Under the pieces are notes generated by a model, which saw only the letters and a program-made list of their open reading frames with translations, did not search any database and was not told where the DNA came from. Positions 30,848 through 41,881 of a DNA stretch of 54,103 bases are shown piece after piece. The position numbers and the translations under genes are program-made. Every line of letters starts with the position of its first letter. The first letter of the stretch is position 1. The stretch comes from a bacterium (lineage in GTDB: Bacteria; UBA6262; WVXT01): positions 1 to 54,103 of the forward strand of contig JBHIBS010000008.1 of assembly GCA_046759165.1 (NCBI GenBank). Reading direction: 5' to 3'.

Positions 30848-30944
30848 GTTCCCTGTTTGACAGTGCCATCTTCGTCACCTTGCCCTGTCCTGAAACCGGA
30901 AAGGAGTCGGGAAAGGGTGATCGCCTCCCTCCTTGCTATACACC

Positions 30945-32570
30945 TCAATACATACCACCACCAGGGCCGCCAGGGACGGGAGGTTGGGCAGGTTTCTCTT
31001 CAGGTATGTCGGTTACCAGACACTCTGTGGTCAATAACACTGAAGAGATACTGGCTGCATTCTCGAGAGCCAAGCGGGCTACTTTAACCGGGTCAACAAT
31101 CCCTGCTTTCATGAGGTCTACATATTCTCCAATCTCAGCATTCAATCCAATGCCTGGTGGGCCCTTCTTTACTCTTTCCACTACCACAGAGGCCTCAAAA
31201 CCAGCATTTTCCGCAATCTGCCTTAAAGGCTCTTCTAAAGCCTTCTTAATAATATTCATCCCCGTCTTTTCATCTTCGTCTTCCGGCTTCAATTTTGAAA
31301 TAGCCTCAATTGCCCCCAAAAGCATTACTCCACCACCAGGTATAATGCCCTCTTCTACACCAGCCCGGGTAGCGTGCATGGCATCTTCAATCTTGAACTT
31401 CTTTGACTTCATCTCAGTCTCTGTGGCTGCACCCACATTAATTACAGCCACTCCTCCCACTATCTTCGCCAGTCGCTCCTGCAGCTTCTCTCTATCGTAA
31501 TCCGAGTCGGTCTGCTCTATCTGTTTTTTAATTTGAGCAATTCTCCCATCGATATCTTTCTTATCTGCAGTACCTCCCACAAGTGTGGTATTCTCCTTAT
31601 CGATGGTCACCCTCTTTGTCTGCCCAAGCATATCCAGGGTTGCTTTATCAAGTTTCATTCCCATCTCTTCCGAAATTACCGTTCCCTTCGTGAGAACTGC
31701 AATATCTTGTAACATCTCTTTTCGACGGTCTCCAAAGCCCGGAGCCTTGACGGCTGCACATTTTAGCGTTCCCCTCAACTTATTGACCACCAGTGTGGCC
31801 AGAGCTTCCCCTTCTATATCCTCAGCTACAATGAGGAACGGCTTGCCTGTCTGAATAATCTTTTCCAATATCGGCAAGAGGTCTTGCATAGCACTGATTT
31901 TCTTATCAGTAAGCAGAATATAGGCATCCTCCAAGACCGTTTCCATCCTCTCAGCATCGGTAATGAAATATGGGGAGACGTAGCCCCTGTCAAACTGCAT
32001 CCCCTCTACAATCTCCACAGTGGTGGCAGCACTCTTTCCCTCCTCCACTGTAATCACTCCATCTTTGCCAACCTTCTCCATGGCATCAGCAATTAAGTTC
32101 CCAATCTCCTGGCTGTTGGCAGCTATGGAAGCTACCTGTGCAATGTCGTCTCTAGTCTTCACATCTTCTTTCTTCTGCTTTAGCTCCTTTACTACCGCCT
32201 CGACTGCTTTATCGATTCCCCTCTTAATATGAATAGGATTAGCTCCAGCAGTGATATTCTTTAACCCTTCACGAACAATTGCCTGGGTAAGGAGAGCTGC
32301 TGTAGTAGTACCATCGCCAGTATCTTCGTTTGTTTTGGATGCAACCTCTTTTACCAGTTGAGCCCCCATATTCTCAAAGGGATCCTTGAGTTCGATCTCT
32401 TTGGCTATGGTCACTCCATCATTGGTAATGGTCGGCGAGCCCCATTTCTTATCCAGAACTACATACCTACCCTTTGGCCCAAGTGTGATTCTGACCACAT
32501 TCGCCAGCTGGTCTACACCACTCATTACTGCCCGCATTGCCTCCTCATTAAACTTCATTTGCTTTGCCAT
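30945..32570 (-). CDS. groL: Chaperonin GroEL
   Basis: [43 protein letters not shown]. Confidence 0.98.
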   Translation of the reverse strand: MAKQMKFNEEAMRAVMSGVDQLANVVRITLGPKGRYVVLDKKWGSPTITNDGVTIAKEIELKDPFENMGAQLVKEVASKTNEDTGDGTTTAALLTQAIVREGLKNITAGANPIHIKRGIDKAVEAVVKELKQKKEDVKTRDDIAQVASIAANSQEIGNLIADAMEKVGKDGVITVEEGKSAATTVEIVEGMQFDRGYVSPYFITDAERMETVLEDAYILLTDKKISAMQDLLPILEKIIQTGKPFLIVAEDIEGEALATLVVNKLRGTLKCAAVKAPGFGDRRKEMLQDIAVLTKGTVISEEMGMKLDKATLDMLGQTKRVTIDKENTTLVGGTADKKDIDGRIAQIKKQIEQTDSDYDREKLQERLAKIVGGVAVINVGAATETEMKSKKFKIEDAMHATRAGVEEGIIPGGGVMLLGAIEAISKLKPEDEDEKTGMNIIKKALEEPLRQIAENAGFEASVVVERVKKGPPGIGLNAEIGEYVDLMKAGIVDPVKVARLALENAASISSVLLTTECLVTDIPEEKPAQPPVPGGPGGGMY

Positions 32571-32663
32571 TTTAACCCCCCTTTCAAATTCAGTTGATAA
32601 GAATGAACGAGTAACCTATCAACATATCAACTTACGAACTTATCATCTCTCCTTGTTGGTTTC

Positions 32664-32951
32664 TTATTCAATAATTCCAAGGATATCTTCTTCCCTTACA
32701 ATCAGGTAGTCTTCATCGTCTATCTTTATTTCATTACCAGAATATTTCCCAAAAAGTATTCTATCACCCACTTTAACATCCAGGGGAAGCGTTTTCCCCT
32801 CCTCAGTAATCTTACCCTTTCCCACGGCAATAACTTTACCTTCCTGAGGTTTCTCTTTAGCAGTGTCAGGAATAATAATTCCGCCCTTTTTCCTTTCCTC
32901 TACTTCCAAAGGTTTCACTAGAACCCGATCACCCAGTGGTCTAACCTTCAT
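32664..32951 (-). CDS. groS: Co-chaperonin GroES
   Basis: [29 protein letters not shown] 32951 after AGGAGG. Confidence 0.97.
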   Translation of the reverse strand: MKVRPLGDRVLVKPLEVEERKKGGIIIPDTAKEKPQEGKVIAVGKGKITEEGKTLPLDVKVGDRILFGKYSGNEIKIDDEDYLIVREEDILGIIE

Positions 32952-32994
32952 TGACCTCTTCCTCCTTTCTAAGATATTCCCACCATTAAGGTGA

Positions 32995-33021
32995 TTAGCA
33001 CTCAAACGGTGAGAGTGCTAA
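32995..33021. promoter_or_regulatory. CIRCE element (HrcA operator)
   Basis: Perfect TTAGCACTC-N9-GAGTGCTAA upstream of groES; minus promoter TTGACT-N17-TATATT at 33050-33022. Confidence 0.95.
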
Positions 33022-33313
33022 AATATATATTTTTGTACCGAATAAGTCAAGAGACAAAAACTGGCGAAATCCTCACCTATTTCAAAAAAAGGCCCATTTT
33101 CTCCCAAATGCTTCTATTTTCTTCAATTCTCTCTGTCTTACGCCAATTATCTTCATTGGCAGCAGTAGAGCAAAATTCTATATTATCGATTTTTCGTAAG
33201 AATGGAAAAGCTTCGTTCCTGTGTTCCTAACCATCAAATGTATCCAAAATCGCACTAATAATGAGCATGCACCAACTGTATGTTCCAAAATTTTCCCCCT
33301 AACAATTTTTAAG

Positions 33314-33343
33314 TTATCCACAGACTTTTCCACAAAATCCACA
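33314..33343 (+). promoter_or_regulatory. Cluster of three DnaA boxes
   Basis: TTATCCACA (33314), TTTTCCACA (33326), AAATCCACA (33335), same orientation. Confidence 0.55.
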
Positions 33344-33346
33344 TGC

Positions 33347-34123
33347 CTATTTCCGCGCTCGAAGGCTTCGCTCCCAGATTATTCTGAGCCCTTCCAGCAC
33401 TAGATCTTGATTTACCGTATCTATCATATCTAGTCCTGGTGCGATGAGGCTGGCATATCCGCCGGTGGCCACAATTTTGGGATTCCCTCCAATTTCTCTC
33501 TTTATCCTGGAAAGTATCTCTCTCACCTGTCCGATCGAACCATAAACTATTCCTGCCTGCATACTCTTTCTGGTGTTCCTACCAATAACACTTTCTGGTT
33601 TAGCCAGCTCGACATGGGGTAGCTGAGCTCCTTTTTCAAAAAGTGCCTGGGAAGAAATACCAATTCCAGGCGCAATCACCCCTCCAACATATTCTCCCTT
33701 CTCACTAACTATATCAAAGGTTGTAGCAGTCCCGAAATCAACTACTATAACCGGGCCTTTATACAGTTCAAAAGCAGCTATACTGACTGAAAGTCTGTCA
33801 GCTCCCACTTCTTTAGGATTATCATACAAAATGGGCATTCCCAGCTCGCCTTCCCGACCAACTACGAGTGGCTTGATTTGGAAATATCTCTCGGAAACTT
33901 CTTCAAAAACAGGTAACAGTGGAGGAACCACACAGGACATAACACTCCCTGAAATTTTTTTTCTATCAATTTTTCCAAAATCGAAGAAATTTAAGATTTC
34001 TGTTCCGTACTCATCTGGAGTCTTTCCTGCGCTTGTTGAAATTCTCCAGCTCTCTATCAGTTTTTCCCCAGTATAGACACCAAAGGAAATACTGGTATTC
34101 CCGATATCAATGACAAGAAGCAT
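33347..34123 (-). CDS. coaX: Type III pantothenate kinase
   Basis: DIGNT, VGADR, VDFGTATT, GG.IAPG; ATG 34123. Confidence 0.93.
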   Translation of the reverse strand: MLLVIDIGNTSISFGVYTGEKLIESWRISTSAGKTPDEYGTEILNFFDFGKIDRKKISGSVMSCVVPPLLPVFEEVSERYFQIKPLVVGREGELGMPILYDNPKEVGADRLSVSIAAFELYKGPVIVVDFGTATTFDIVSEKGEYVGGVIAPGIGISSQALFEKGAQLPHVELAKPESVIGRNTRKSMQAGIVYGSIGQVREILSRIKREIGGNPKIVATGGYASLIAPGLDMIDTVNQDLVLEGLRIIWERSLRARK

Positions 34124-34152
34124 AATATTTTCCTTTTCATAATGCAGAGCTT

Positions 34153-34222
34153 CGCCCTGTAGAGTCTGAGGTTTTTTTGACATTAAGAAATTCCTCAGCG
34201 ATGGATAAACTATCTTTTTAAA
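34153..34222. repeat. Copy E (right end only) of the dispersed repeat family
   Basis: AAGAAATTCCTCAGCGATGGATAAACTATCTTTTTAAA. Confidence 0.6.
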
Positions 34223-34228
34223 CCGACC

Positions 34229-35023
34229 TTAAACTTTCGATAATATTGTCACGTCCCCAGCAACAATTCTTTTCTTGCCCTCCTCTGTCCCTACAATCAA
34301 AGCTCCATATTCATCTATATCTAAGGCTGTACCTTCAATAATCCTATCCGGACATTCAATCTTAACTCCCCTCGTTAGCACAGCCGACATACCCTTATAC
34401 TCTTTTAGAATCGGACCGATCCCTTGCTTTCTAAAATCTAAATAATATTTATCATACTTTTCCAGCACCTTTCTTAAAAGTTTCTGCTTGGGCAGGTTGC
34501 GACCCATTGCATCCTTAAGAGAAATTGCTTTAGCCCGGAGAGTAGCAGGAATTTGATTATTCACATTAATTCCAAGACCTGTGATAACATAATTAACCTG
34601 GCTAGCCTCTGAGACCATTTCAGTCAGCACCCCGCATACTTTCTTAGATTCAATACCAGGGATGAGACGAATGAGAACATCATTTGGCCATTTAAGTTTC
34701 ACTTCCAGTCTGGTGAGTTCAGCGATAGCTTCTGCTGCAGCGAGACTACCAATCATGGTTATTTTTGGCACTTCCATCCGCGTTATTTCAGGACGAAGTA
34801 TAACAGAAAGCCAGATGCCCCCCCTTGGCGAAACCCATCTTCTCCCCAGGCGACCCTTTCCACGAGTCTGGGTTTCTGCAACAATAACCGTTCCCTCAGC
34901 AAGGCCCTTCTCTGCAAACTCCTTCGCCTTTTCCTGAGTGGAAGTAACCCTCACATAACGAAATATTTTTCTCCCTATAATCCTTGACAGTCGAGCAGAT
35001 ACGCACGCTCCTACTTTCTTCAC
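34229..35023 (-). CDS. birA: Biotin--acetyl-CoA carboxylase ligase without N-terminal HTH
   Basis: QTRGKGRLGRRW, KWPND, KVCGVLTE, GLGINVN. Confidence 0.92.
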   Translation of the reverse strand: MKKVGACVSARLSRIIGRKIFRYVRVTSTQEKAKEFAEKGLAEGTVIVAETQTRGKGRLGRRWVSPRGGIWLSVILRPEITRMEVPKITMIGSLAAAEAIAELTRLEVKLKWPNDVLIRLIPGIESKKVCGVLTEMVSEASQVNYVITGLGINVNNQIPATLRAKAISLKDAMGRNLPKQKLLRKVLEKYDKYYLDFRKQGIGPILKEYKGMSAVLTRGVKIECPDRIIEGTALDIDEYGALIVGTEEGKKRIVAGDVTILSKV

Positions 35024-35090
35024 TTTTCCACCTTGACACCTTCACGCCTTTCCCCACGCTAAAACCACCGGTCTACCCATTCCACTTTCA

Positions 35091-36050
35091 CTATGTCGTT
35101 ACGCCCATTACCTCCAAACTTATATCAAGTGCCCTCACTGAGTGGGTAATCTCCCCAACTGATATCCTATCCACTCCCAGGTGAGCAATCTGTTTAATAC
35201 TCTTCAAGTTTATTTTCCCCGAGACCTCAATAGCCGGACTTCTCGCTCCCTTTCTGTCCCAAGCCTGCTGGACCATTCTTATGGCCTTCTTCAAAATAGG
35301 AAGTCTGATATTATCGAGCATAACAATATTCGCATCCATAGCTAATACTCTCTTCAATTGCCTGAGGCTATTCACCTCTACTTCTAGTTTCATCCCCTTG
35401 GGAATTTTTCCTCTTATTTCTTCCAAACTTAAGCCACTCGGCACTCTCTCTCTCCTTCGCCCGTATGCTATCCGCCAATGGTTGTCTTTAACCAATACCA
35501 TATCATATAAGCCCATCCGATGATTATATCCACCGCCGCAACTCACTGCATACTTCTCAAGATACCTTAGGCCCGGGAGTGTTTTCCTCGTATCATAGAT
35601 TTTTATCTCTCCCCGAGGCCTGGCCGATTTCATAGCCTGCACATATTTTCGAGTTAGTGTGGCAATCCCTGAAAGGTGCTGCAAAAAGTTTAGCGCTGTC
35701 CTTTCTCCTGTCAGGACTACCTGAGCCCTTCCCCGAACTTCTGCAATGGTCTCTCCTCTGTCTACTTCGTCTCCGTCTTCCACCATCTTTTTGAACTCGA
35801 TTCCCCTTCCTTTCCCCTCCTGTCTCCCCTGTTTTCGAATAATTGAGCTTTCCACAGTTTTGAACACCTCTTCTGCCACTCCTATCCCTGCAACCACGCC
35901 CAGGTCCTTGGCCATTATCTTTGCTTTCACCCTCATATTTTCCGGGACAAGTAAATTGGTGGTAATATCTCCCCTTCCCATATCCTCCCTGAGCGCAATC
36001 TTAACAATTGGTCTTATCTTCTTTAGATCAAGGTTCACATCTTCCTCCAC
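35091..36050 (-). CDS. nadC: Nicotinate-nucleotide diphosphorylase (carboxylating)
   Basis: ERTALNFLQ.LSGIAT, DTRKT.PG, HRMGL.D, KDNH, MLDN. Confidence 0.94.
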   Translation of the reverse strand: MEEDVNLDLKKIRPIVKIALREDMGRGDITTNLLVPENMRVKAKIMAKDLGVVAGIGVAEEVFKTVESSIIRKQGRQEGKGRGIEFKKMVEDGDEVDRGETIAEVRGRAQVVLTGERTALNFLQHLSGIATLTRKYVQAMKSARPRGEIKIYDTRKTLPGLRYLEKYAVSCGGGYNHRMGLYDMVLVKDNHWRIAYGRRRERVPSGLSLEEIRGKIPKGMKLEVEVNSLRQLKRVLAMDANIVMLDNIRLPILKKAIRMVQQAWDRKGARSPAIEVSGKINLKSIKQIAHLGVDRISVGEITHSVRALDISLEVMGVTT

Positions 36051-36072
36051 GCTTCCATCAATCGCAGCGACT

Positions 36073-36136
36073 ACCTAAAAAGAGTCCGAATTTTTCGGCG
36101 TCAAGAAATTCCTCAGAGATGAACAAACTATCTTAT
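36073..36136. repeat. Copy F (right end only) of the dispersed repeat family, overlapping the uvrB stop
   Basis: AAGAAATTCCTCAGAGATGAACAAACTATCTT; uvrB TAG at 36128-36130 lies inside it. Confidence 0.6.
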
Positions 36137-39100
36137 AGCCCCTGATTTCACTCTTTTCCTATGGGCAACTCCTTTCAGTTCAAAAATTTTGTCCCTTAAT
36201 ATTGCTGCCAGCTCGAAATCGAGATTGTCTGCAGCCTCGAGCATCTGGCGTTCAAGCTGCTTTAATACCAGGGGCGCTTGCGCTTGCGTTAAATAATCAT
36301 AACCCCTCTCACGTAAAATCTCGTAAGCCCTCTGTTTCGTCTCATCGATAAATTCTTCCTCTTCTCTGATTGCTTTCTGGATTGTCTGAGGAGTAATGCG
36401 GAATTTCCTGTTATAACCTAACTGTTTCTCACGCCTTCGGCCCATCTCCTTGATGGCACGGCGCATCGATTGAGTCACCCTATCTGCATACATAATAACT
36501 TTGCCATTTACGTTGCGAGCTGCCCTCCCACAAACCTGAATCAAAGAGGTTTCAGACCTCAGAAATCCCTCTTTGTCTGCATCCAGTACAGCCACTAAGG
36601 AAACCTCTGGCAAATCGAGCCCTTCCCTTAAAAGGTTTATCCCCACCAGACAGTCGAATTCGCCTTTCCGGAGATTTTTCAAAATCTCTACCCTGTTTAG
36701 AGTCTCAATCTCTGAATGGAGATAGCGGACGCGCAGGCCCTTCTCTACAAGGAAAGAACATAAATCTTCTGCCATTCGCTTAGTTAGCGTAGTCACCAGA
36801 ACTCTTTCCCTTCTTTCCAATCGCTTCTCAATCTCTTTAATTAAGTTATCAATCTGACCTTCGGTGGGCCTTATCTCAACTCCCGGGTCGACCAATCCTG
36901 TGGGTCTTATAACCTGTTCTACCACAACACCTTCCGCCCTGTTCAGTTCATAAGGACCAGGTGTAGCTGAGACATAGATGACTTGATTGACCAACCTTTC
37001 AAATTCATTAAATTTTAAAGGTCGGTTATCGAGTGCACTGGGCAAGCGAAAGCCATATTCAACAAGGGTCTCTTTTCTTGAACGATCTCCGTTGTACATA
37101 CCATTCAGTTGAGGAATAGTAACGTGAGACTCATCGATAATCACCAAGAAGTCCTGGGGAAAATAGTTAATCAGACACGCTGAGGGCTCTCCGGGCTTTC
37201 TTCCGGAGAGATGTCTGGAATAGTTCTCAATTCCTGTACAATAGCCCACTTCACGCATCATCTCAATATCATAATTTGTCCTGGTCTCTAACCTCTGGGC
37301 TTCCAGTAACTTATTTTGAGCTTTCAACTCCTTTAATCTCTCTTCCAGTTCTTTCTTTATCAATTCTACAGCTTCCTCCAGCCTGGGTCTAGTGGTGACG
37401 AAATGTTTTGCAGGATATATATATACCTTCTCTTTATCTGTTAGAACTTTACCAGTCAAAGGGTTGATTTCAGCTATCCTCTCAATTTCGTCACCAAAAA
37501 ATTCTACCCTAAGAGCGGTTTCCAGATAGGCAGGATATATTTCCACAACATCTCCCCTGACCCTGAAATTTCCTCGAGTGAAATTGATGTCATTTCTCTG
37601 ATACTGGATCTGAACCAAATCCCTCAGTAAATCCTGACGGGGATAAGGGTTACCCTTGAGCAGAATGACCAGAGACTCCTTCCATTCCTGGGGGGAACCA
37701 ATGCCATAGATACAGGATACAGAGGCCACAATGATAACATCTCTCCTTTCTAAAAGAGAACTGGTGGCCTTTAACCTTAACCGGTCAATCTGGTCATTGA
37801 TGGAAGCGTCCTTCTCTATATAGGTATCGGTCTGGGGAACATAGGCCTCAGGTTGGTAGTAGTCATAATAGCTCACAAAGTACTCCACACCATTTTCCGG
37901 AAAGAATTGCTTAAATTCGGAATAGAGCTGCGCAGCCAGGGTCTTATTGTGGGAGATTACTAGAGTAGGCTTGCCGACGTTTTTAATGACATTAGCCATT
38001 ACAAAAGTATTGTGAAGAAATAGACCCCCATAACCCGCCACGAAGGTTTCATTGTCTGCTACACCTATATCATATACATATGGCCTTTCATAAGGTAAAG
38101 AAACCGCTGAGTCGACTTTGGTCCACTTAACCTTGAGAAGGTTCCTTAACTCCTCAATATCGAAAACGATTTCTTGGTCAGCGTTACCATTTCTTACCAC
38201 CCAATCTTCGAAGGTCTCCACCATCTTCTCCATCGTGGATCTCTTAGGGCATCGCCTGCCGCTTTCGATCAGAGACACGGGAGAACGATTGATGCCACAC
38301 GGTGTAGCTAATTGACGCTGCGTCATACCCATACTTTGGCGAATTTTGTTAACCCCAACCCTGCTTCCGAATATGAGATCCACATTTGAATCTGGAATAT
38401 GAGAGAGTTCTCGCTCCAAGGCCGATCTTTTTCTTGAGAATAGAAAACCTACATTCTCAGCAAATGATCTGAGGTTCTGTTGACTAGATATAGAAACCAT
38501 CCAATACCAATCACCTTGATGTTGTGTGTTGGTTGCTTTCTTCCAGACCTTCCGGATCCTTGCCCAGATGCCGAAGCGAAGAAGGGCATAGCTAAGATTG
38601 GACGCCAACCTCCGACTGCCTGTCGCTGTTAACACCTGCCCTCTCTCTACCCAACCATCGCCTTCAAAATATGCCCTAAGTAGCAAACCTAACTGTCCTT
38701 GCGAGAGCCTCGTCCAAAACTCAGGTAGCCGCTTTCCTCGGGCGCTGTGCCCCACAAGTTTGCGTAAAAAAATAGCAAGAGGGGTTGAAGATATCTGAAA
38801 ATCGCTGTTAGCTCGGACAGAATAGGTTACACCTAATTTTTCCAAGATATCTTCCAAATCGATTCGCGATCTTCTAGCAAAAGCTGTGATAGTGAAGTAC
38901 CCATAGCGATCTTGACTGCACCCTTCAGCGATATAATATCCCAATAATTTCAGCAGGTCGCAAGAAACGGGTAAAAGAGCGGGCAGTGAGTGTTTGGGGC
39001 TTCTAGAGACGATCTTAATAGCTGCCAACTCCGCTTGAGTGGGACGATATGAAAGGTCTCTAAGTAAACTGTGAAAAATCTTCATCCGCAATCGACAACC

Positions 39101-39829
39101 AGACCGCCCTTGCAAAATGTACCATAGTTTAGAATTGGCAGCCTTGAGATGCTTGGCCAAAATGTTTGAAATGACTTTCTTTCCGTGTGATAAGGCTAAT
39201 TTCACGATCAATTCATTCGCCTCGACGAATAAGTTTTCATCGGCTAAGAAATCAAGTAGGTTAAAATAACGCAGATCTTCCTCCATCGCTGGCAAGGAAG
39301 GAGGCAAAGGAAGATAATCCGTTTTGAGCACTTCTTTGGTCGAGACCAAACATAGCCTTCCGTTTCTCAGCACCCAGAGATTGTGATTGCCAGTAATCAG
39401 CACTTCCCTCCCACAACTAGTCCTTACCATGTACATTGTCTTAGGGGCACTATGTCGAATGAAGGTAGTTATAGGTTTAATTTCTGGCTGACAAGTAGTA
39501 GGATTGAAGCTCAGAGTATAGTAGGTTGGAAGGGGATTTGCTTTAGCGAAGGAGATGAGCGTACCATCTGAAATTCGTTGAGCAGTAGCATCCTGTTTAA
39601 GAATTTTATCGATAAAGTCACCGATTCTGACCAACTTTGGTATAAAATCTCCGTCTGCCTCTTTTGTAAAAATTAAAAGCGGTTCATCTGCATCCAGGCT
39701 TTTTCCACTTCCAGTAACTCCCAAAAGCACCTGATCCTTCCTTCCCTCTAGAATACCCTCGGTAAGTTTTTGGATCGCCTGGGGCTGTTCACCACGAGGC
39801 ACAAAATCTGAAACCAACCTGAATTTCAA
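36128..39829 (-). CDS. uvrB: Excinuclease ABC subunit B, intein-containing
   Basis: [50 protein letters not shown]; 1233 aa minus 564-aa intein = 669 aa. Confidence 0.96.
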   Translation of the reverse strand: MKFRLVSDFVPRGEQPQAIQKLTEGILEGRKDQVLLGVTGSGKSLDADEPLLIFTKEADGDFIPKLVRIGDFIDKILKQDATAQRISDGTLISFAKANPLPTYYTLSFNPTTCQPEIKPITTFIRHSAPKTMYMVRTSCGREVLITGNHNLWVLRNGRLCLVSTKEVLKTDYLPLPPSLPAMEEDLRYFNLLDFLADENLFVEANELIVKLALSHGKKVISNILAKHLKAANSKLWYILQGRSGCRLRMKIFHSLLRDLSYRPTQAELAAIKIVSRSPKHSLPALLPVSCDLLKLLGYYIAEGCSQDRYGYFTITAFARRSRIDLEDILEKLGVTYSVRANSDFQISSTPLAIFLRKLVGHSARGKRLPEFWTRLSQGQLGLLLRAYFEGDGWVERGQVLTATGSRRLASNLSYALLRFGIWARIRKVWKKATNTQHQGDWYWMVSISSQQNLRSFAENVGFLFSRKRSALERELSHIPDSNVDLIFGSRVGVNKIRQSMGMTQRQLATPCGINRSPVSLIESGRRCPKRSTMEKMVETFEDWVVRNGNADQEIVFDIEELRNLLKVKWTKVDSAVSLPYERPYVYDIGVADNETFVAGYGGLFLHNTFVMANVIKNVGKPTLVISHNKTLAAQLYSEFKQFFPENGVEYFVSYYDYYQPEAYVPQTDTYIEKDASINDQIDRLRLKATSSLLERRDVIIVASVSCIYGIGSPQEWKESLVILLKGNPYPRQDLLRDLVQIQYQRNDINFTRGNFRVRGDVVEIYPAYLETALRVEFFGDEIERIAEINPLTGKVLTDKEKVYIYPAKHFVTTRPRLEEAVELIKKELEERLKELKAQNKLLEAQRLETRTNYDIEMMREVGYCTGIENYSRHLSGRKPGEPSACLINYFPQDFLVIIDESHVTIPQLNGMYNGDRSRKETLVEYGFRLPSALDNRPLKFNEFERLVNQVIYVSATPGPYELNRAEGVVVEQVIRPTGLVDPGVEIRPTEGQIDNLIKEIEKRLERRERVLVTTLTKRMAEDLCSFLVEKGLRVRYLHSEIETLNRVEILKNLRKGEFDCLVGINLLREGLDLPEVSLVAVLDADKEGFLRSETSLIQVCGRAARNVNGKVIMYADRVTQSMRRAIKEMGRRREKQLGYNRKFRITPQTIQKAIREEEEFIDETKQRAYEILRERGYDYLTQAQAPLVLKQLERQMLEAADNLDFELAAILRDKIFELKGVAHRKRVKSGAIR
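38009..39700 (-). mobile_element. Intein with LAGLIDADG homing endonuclease and XRE-like HTH in the UvrB Walker A motif
   Basis: Ser1 SLDADEP, TGNH (block B), LLGYYIAEG and [15 protein letters not shown] (block F), FLHN|T (block G). Confidence 0.93.
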
Positions 39830-40599
39830 GTCACTTCTCCACTAAAACCATTTTTCCAATTAAAATTCCATCTCTTCAAAGCTTCTATCATCCCATAATC
39901 GGTACGGTCGAGAGACAGGGGTGTAATTGATATCTTATTATGCTCAATGGCAGAAATGTCCGTGCCCTCTTCAGAGATTCCAGAGAGATCCTCACCAGCA
40001 ATCCAGTAGTATTTTTCCCCACGAGGATCCATACGCTCCTTAATCTCCTTACCATAGATTCTCTTCCCCTGTCTTGTTATTTCCACTCCCCTGATTTCAT
40101 TCAGAGGTAAATCGGGAATATTCACGTTAAGATAGGCATTCTTAGGCAACCCCTCCTGGATAATCCTCTCAGCCAGGAAACGTCCAAAATTTGCTGCCAC
40201 TTCAAAGTGATATCTGCCCCTAACAACTAAAGATACGGCCAGTGAGGGGACCTCTAACAGAGTTCCCTCCAACGCCGCTCCCACTGTTCCAGAATAACTT
40301 ATATCATCACCTAGGTTGGGACCATTGTTTATTCCGGCAACTACTAACTCCACATCCTCCTTCATCAAGCCCAGTATGCCCAGTCTCACACAGTCCGAGG
40401 GAGTCCCGTTGACCAAGAATTTCTTCTCTTCCAGTTTTTGAATCCGTAGAGGTTTATCCAGGGTCAAAGAGTGGCTGGTAGCGCTCCTCTGCTGGTTGGG
40501 CAAGACAACGTAAACTTCACCAAGTCCTGATAATGCTCGAACCAGGTACTCAAAGCCCTTACCATGTATTCCATCATCGTTAGTCACCAGAATGCGCAT
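39826..40599 (-). CDS. surE: 5'/3'-nucleotidase SurE
   Basis: [35 protein letters not shown]. Confidence 0.95.
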   Translation of the reverse strand: MRILVTNDDGIHGKGFEYLVRALSGLGEVYVVLPNQQRSATSHSLTLDKPLRIQKLEEKKFLVNGTPSDCVRLGILGLMKEDVELVVAGINNGPNLGDDISYSGTVGAALEGTLLEVPSLAVSLVVRGRYHFEVAANFGRFLAERIIQEGLPKNAYLNVNIPDLPLNEIRGVEITRQGKRIYGKEIKERMDPRGEKYYWIAGEDLSGISEEGTDISAIEHNKISITPLSLDRTDYGMIEALKRWNFNWKNGFSGEVT

Positions 40600-40835
40600 T
40601 TATACTACCTGCCTGTGTAGTCGAGCACTGTTCACAGTGCCGTCTTTCGTCCCTACCCCGCCCCAAAACCGAAATGGGCTGGGGAAAGGAAGACTGACCT
40701 GGTTAATTTACGAATTTATATTAACAAAACTTTTGAATAAAATCAACATAAATTTAAGTTGACAGCAACAGCTAATTTATGATATTTTTTGTTAATCTGG
40801 GAAAAATCTACACAGGATTGCGAGTGGTTGAAACT

Positions 40836-41696
40836 ATGGCGAATGGTCTTTTTGAGGAAACAAGAAGTTTGGTCCAAAAGGCAATTGCGCCGGATGGAAA
40901 GGAGTATGAGAGCCTCTCTATCGAGGCTGTAAAAAAGATTTCTGAGAAGAGAAAAGTTCCTGGAAAAGAAGTAGAGATCGTTGCCTTAGAGAGAGGAGTA
41001 GTTCCCGAACGCTACCAGAGAAATATCGGAACAGTCGGAATGAAGGGACAAATTAAACTACTACGGTCGAAAGTGGTTATAGCTGGCGCCGGAGGTCTGG
41101 GAGGAACGGTTACAGAGCTATTGGCCAGAATGGGTATTGGACATCTCATAGTAGTAGATGGAGACTCCTTTGAAGATAGTAATATCAATCGACATCTACT
41201 CTGTCACGAAAAGAACCTTGGAGGGAGCAAGTCTAAGGCAGCAGTGGAAAGAGCAGGGCAGATTAACTCTGGAGTTGAAGTGACTTCTTTTTCTCATCAT
41301 GTTACCGAAGAAAACGCCACCCAATTGATAAAAGGGGCAAATGTCATTGTGGACGCTTTGGGTGAAATAGGTGCCCGTTTTATCTTAGAAGCAGCAACTA
41401 AAAAGGAAGGTATTCCTTTAGTTCACGGGGCTATAGCCGGATTCTACGGGCAGGTCACCACCATATTGCCAGAAGACGAAGGATTGAGAAGGATCTATGG
41501 TTCACGGGACAAGGGTCCAGAGGTTGGAAGTGAGAGCCAACTGGGAACCCCTCCTACTACTGCCAGTATTGTTGCTTCATTTCAGGCTCAAGAAGTCATA
41601 AAGGTCCTGCTGGGGAGTAATAGACTATTGCGTAATAGATTATTAAGTATAGATGCTGAATCAGGTAATATAGAAATAATTAGCCTCTCCCCTTAA
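40836..41696 (+). CDS. ThiF/MoeB/HesA family adenylyltransferase
   Basis: RYQRN, GAGGLG, DGD.F..SNINR motifs; probable ATG 40836. Confidence 0.85.
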   Translation: MANGLFEETRSLVQKAIAPDGKEYESLSIEAVKKISEKRKVPGKEVEIVALERGVVPERYQRNIGTVGMKGQIKLLRSKVVIAGAGGLGGTVTELLARMGIGHLIVVDGDSFEDSNINRHLLCHEKNLGGSKSKAAVERAGQINSGVEVTSFSHHVTEENATQLIKGANVIVDALGEIGARFILEAATKKEGIPLVHGAIAGFYGQVTTILPEDEGLRRIYGSRDKGPEVGSESQLGTPPTTASIVASFQAQEVIKVLLGSNRLLRNRLLSIDAESGNIEIISLSP

Positions 41697-41802
41697 CCCT
41701 TCCAAATCATCTTCAATAATCTTCTTGCCAAATAATTCTGGACTTGGTAAATATAAACTACAAATTATTTAGAAAGGCCAAATATAAAAAAGGAAAAAAA
41801 AC

Positions 41803-41879
41803 CGAAGAGCAAAAAATTCCCACCGAGCGAACCAAACCCCAGGCATGTCTTCCTCAGCAATGAACAAAGTATCTTTAAA
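41803..41879. repeat. Copy D (right part) of the dispersed repeat family
   Basis: CGAAGAGCAAAAAATT...GAGCGAACCAAA...TTCCTCAGCAATGAACAAAGTATCTTTAAA, collinear with 5844-5921. Confidence 0.7.
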
Positions 41880-41881
41880 TT

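Noticed and set aside
30880-31500. 206-aa plus-strand ORF (and similar ORFs opposite other genes)
   Set aside because: Antisense shadows of conserved genes such as groEL
33022-33346. oriC
   Set aside because: Only three boxes, no adjacent dnaA/dnaN, no evident unwinding element and no gene-strand switch; kept only as a DnaA-box cluster
40625-40694. Hammerhead ribozyme suggested by GGACGAAA
   Set aside because: The CUGANGA core is absent
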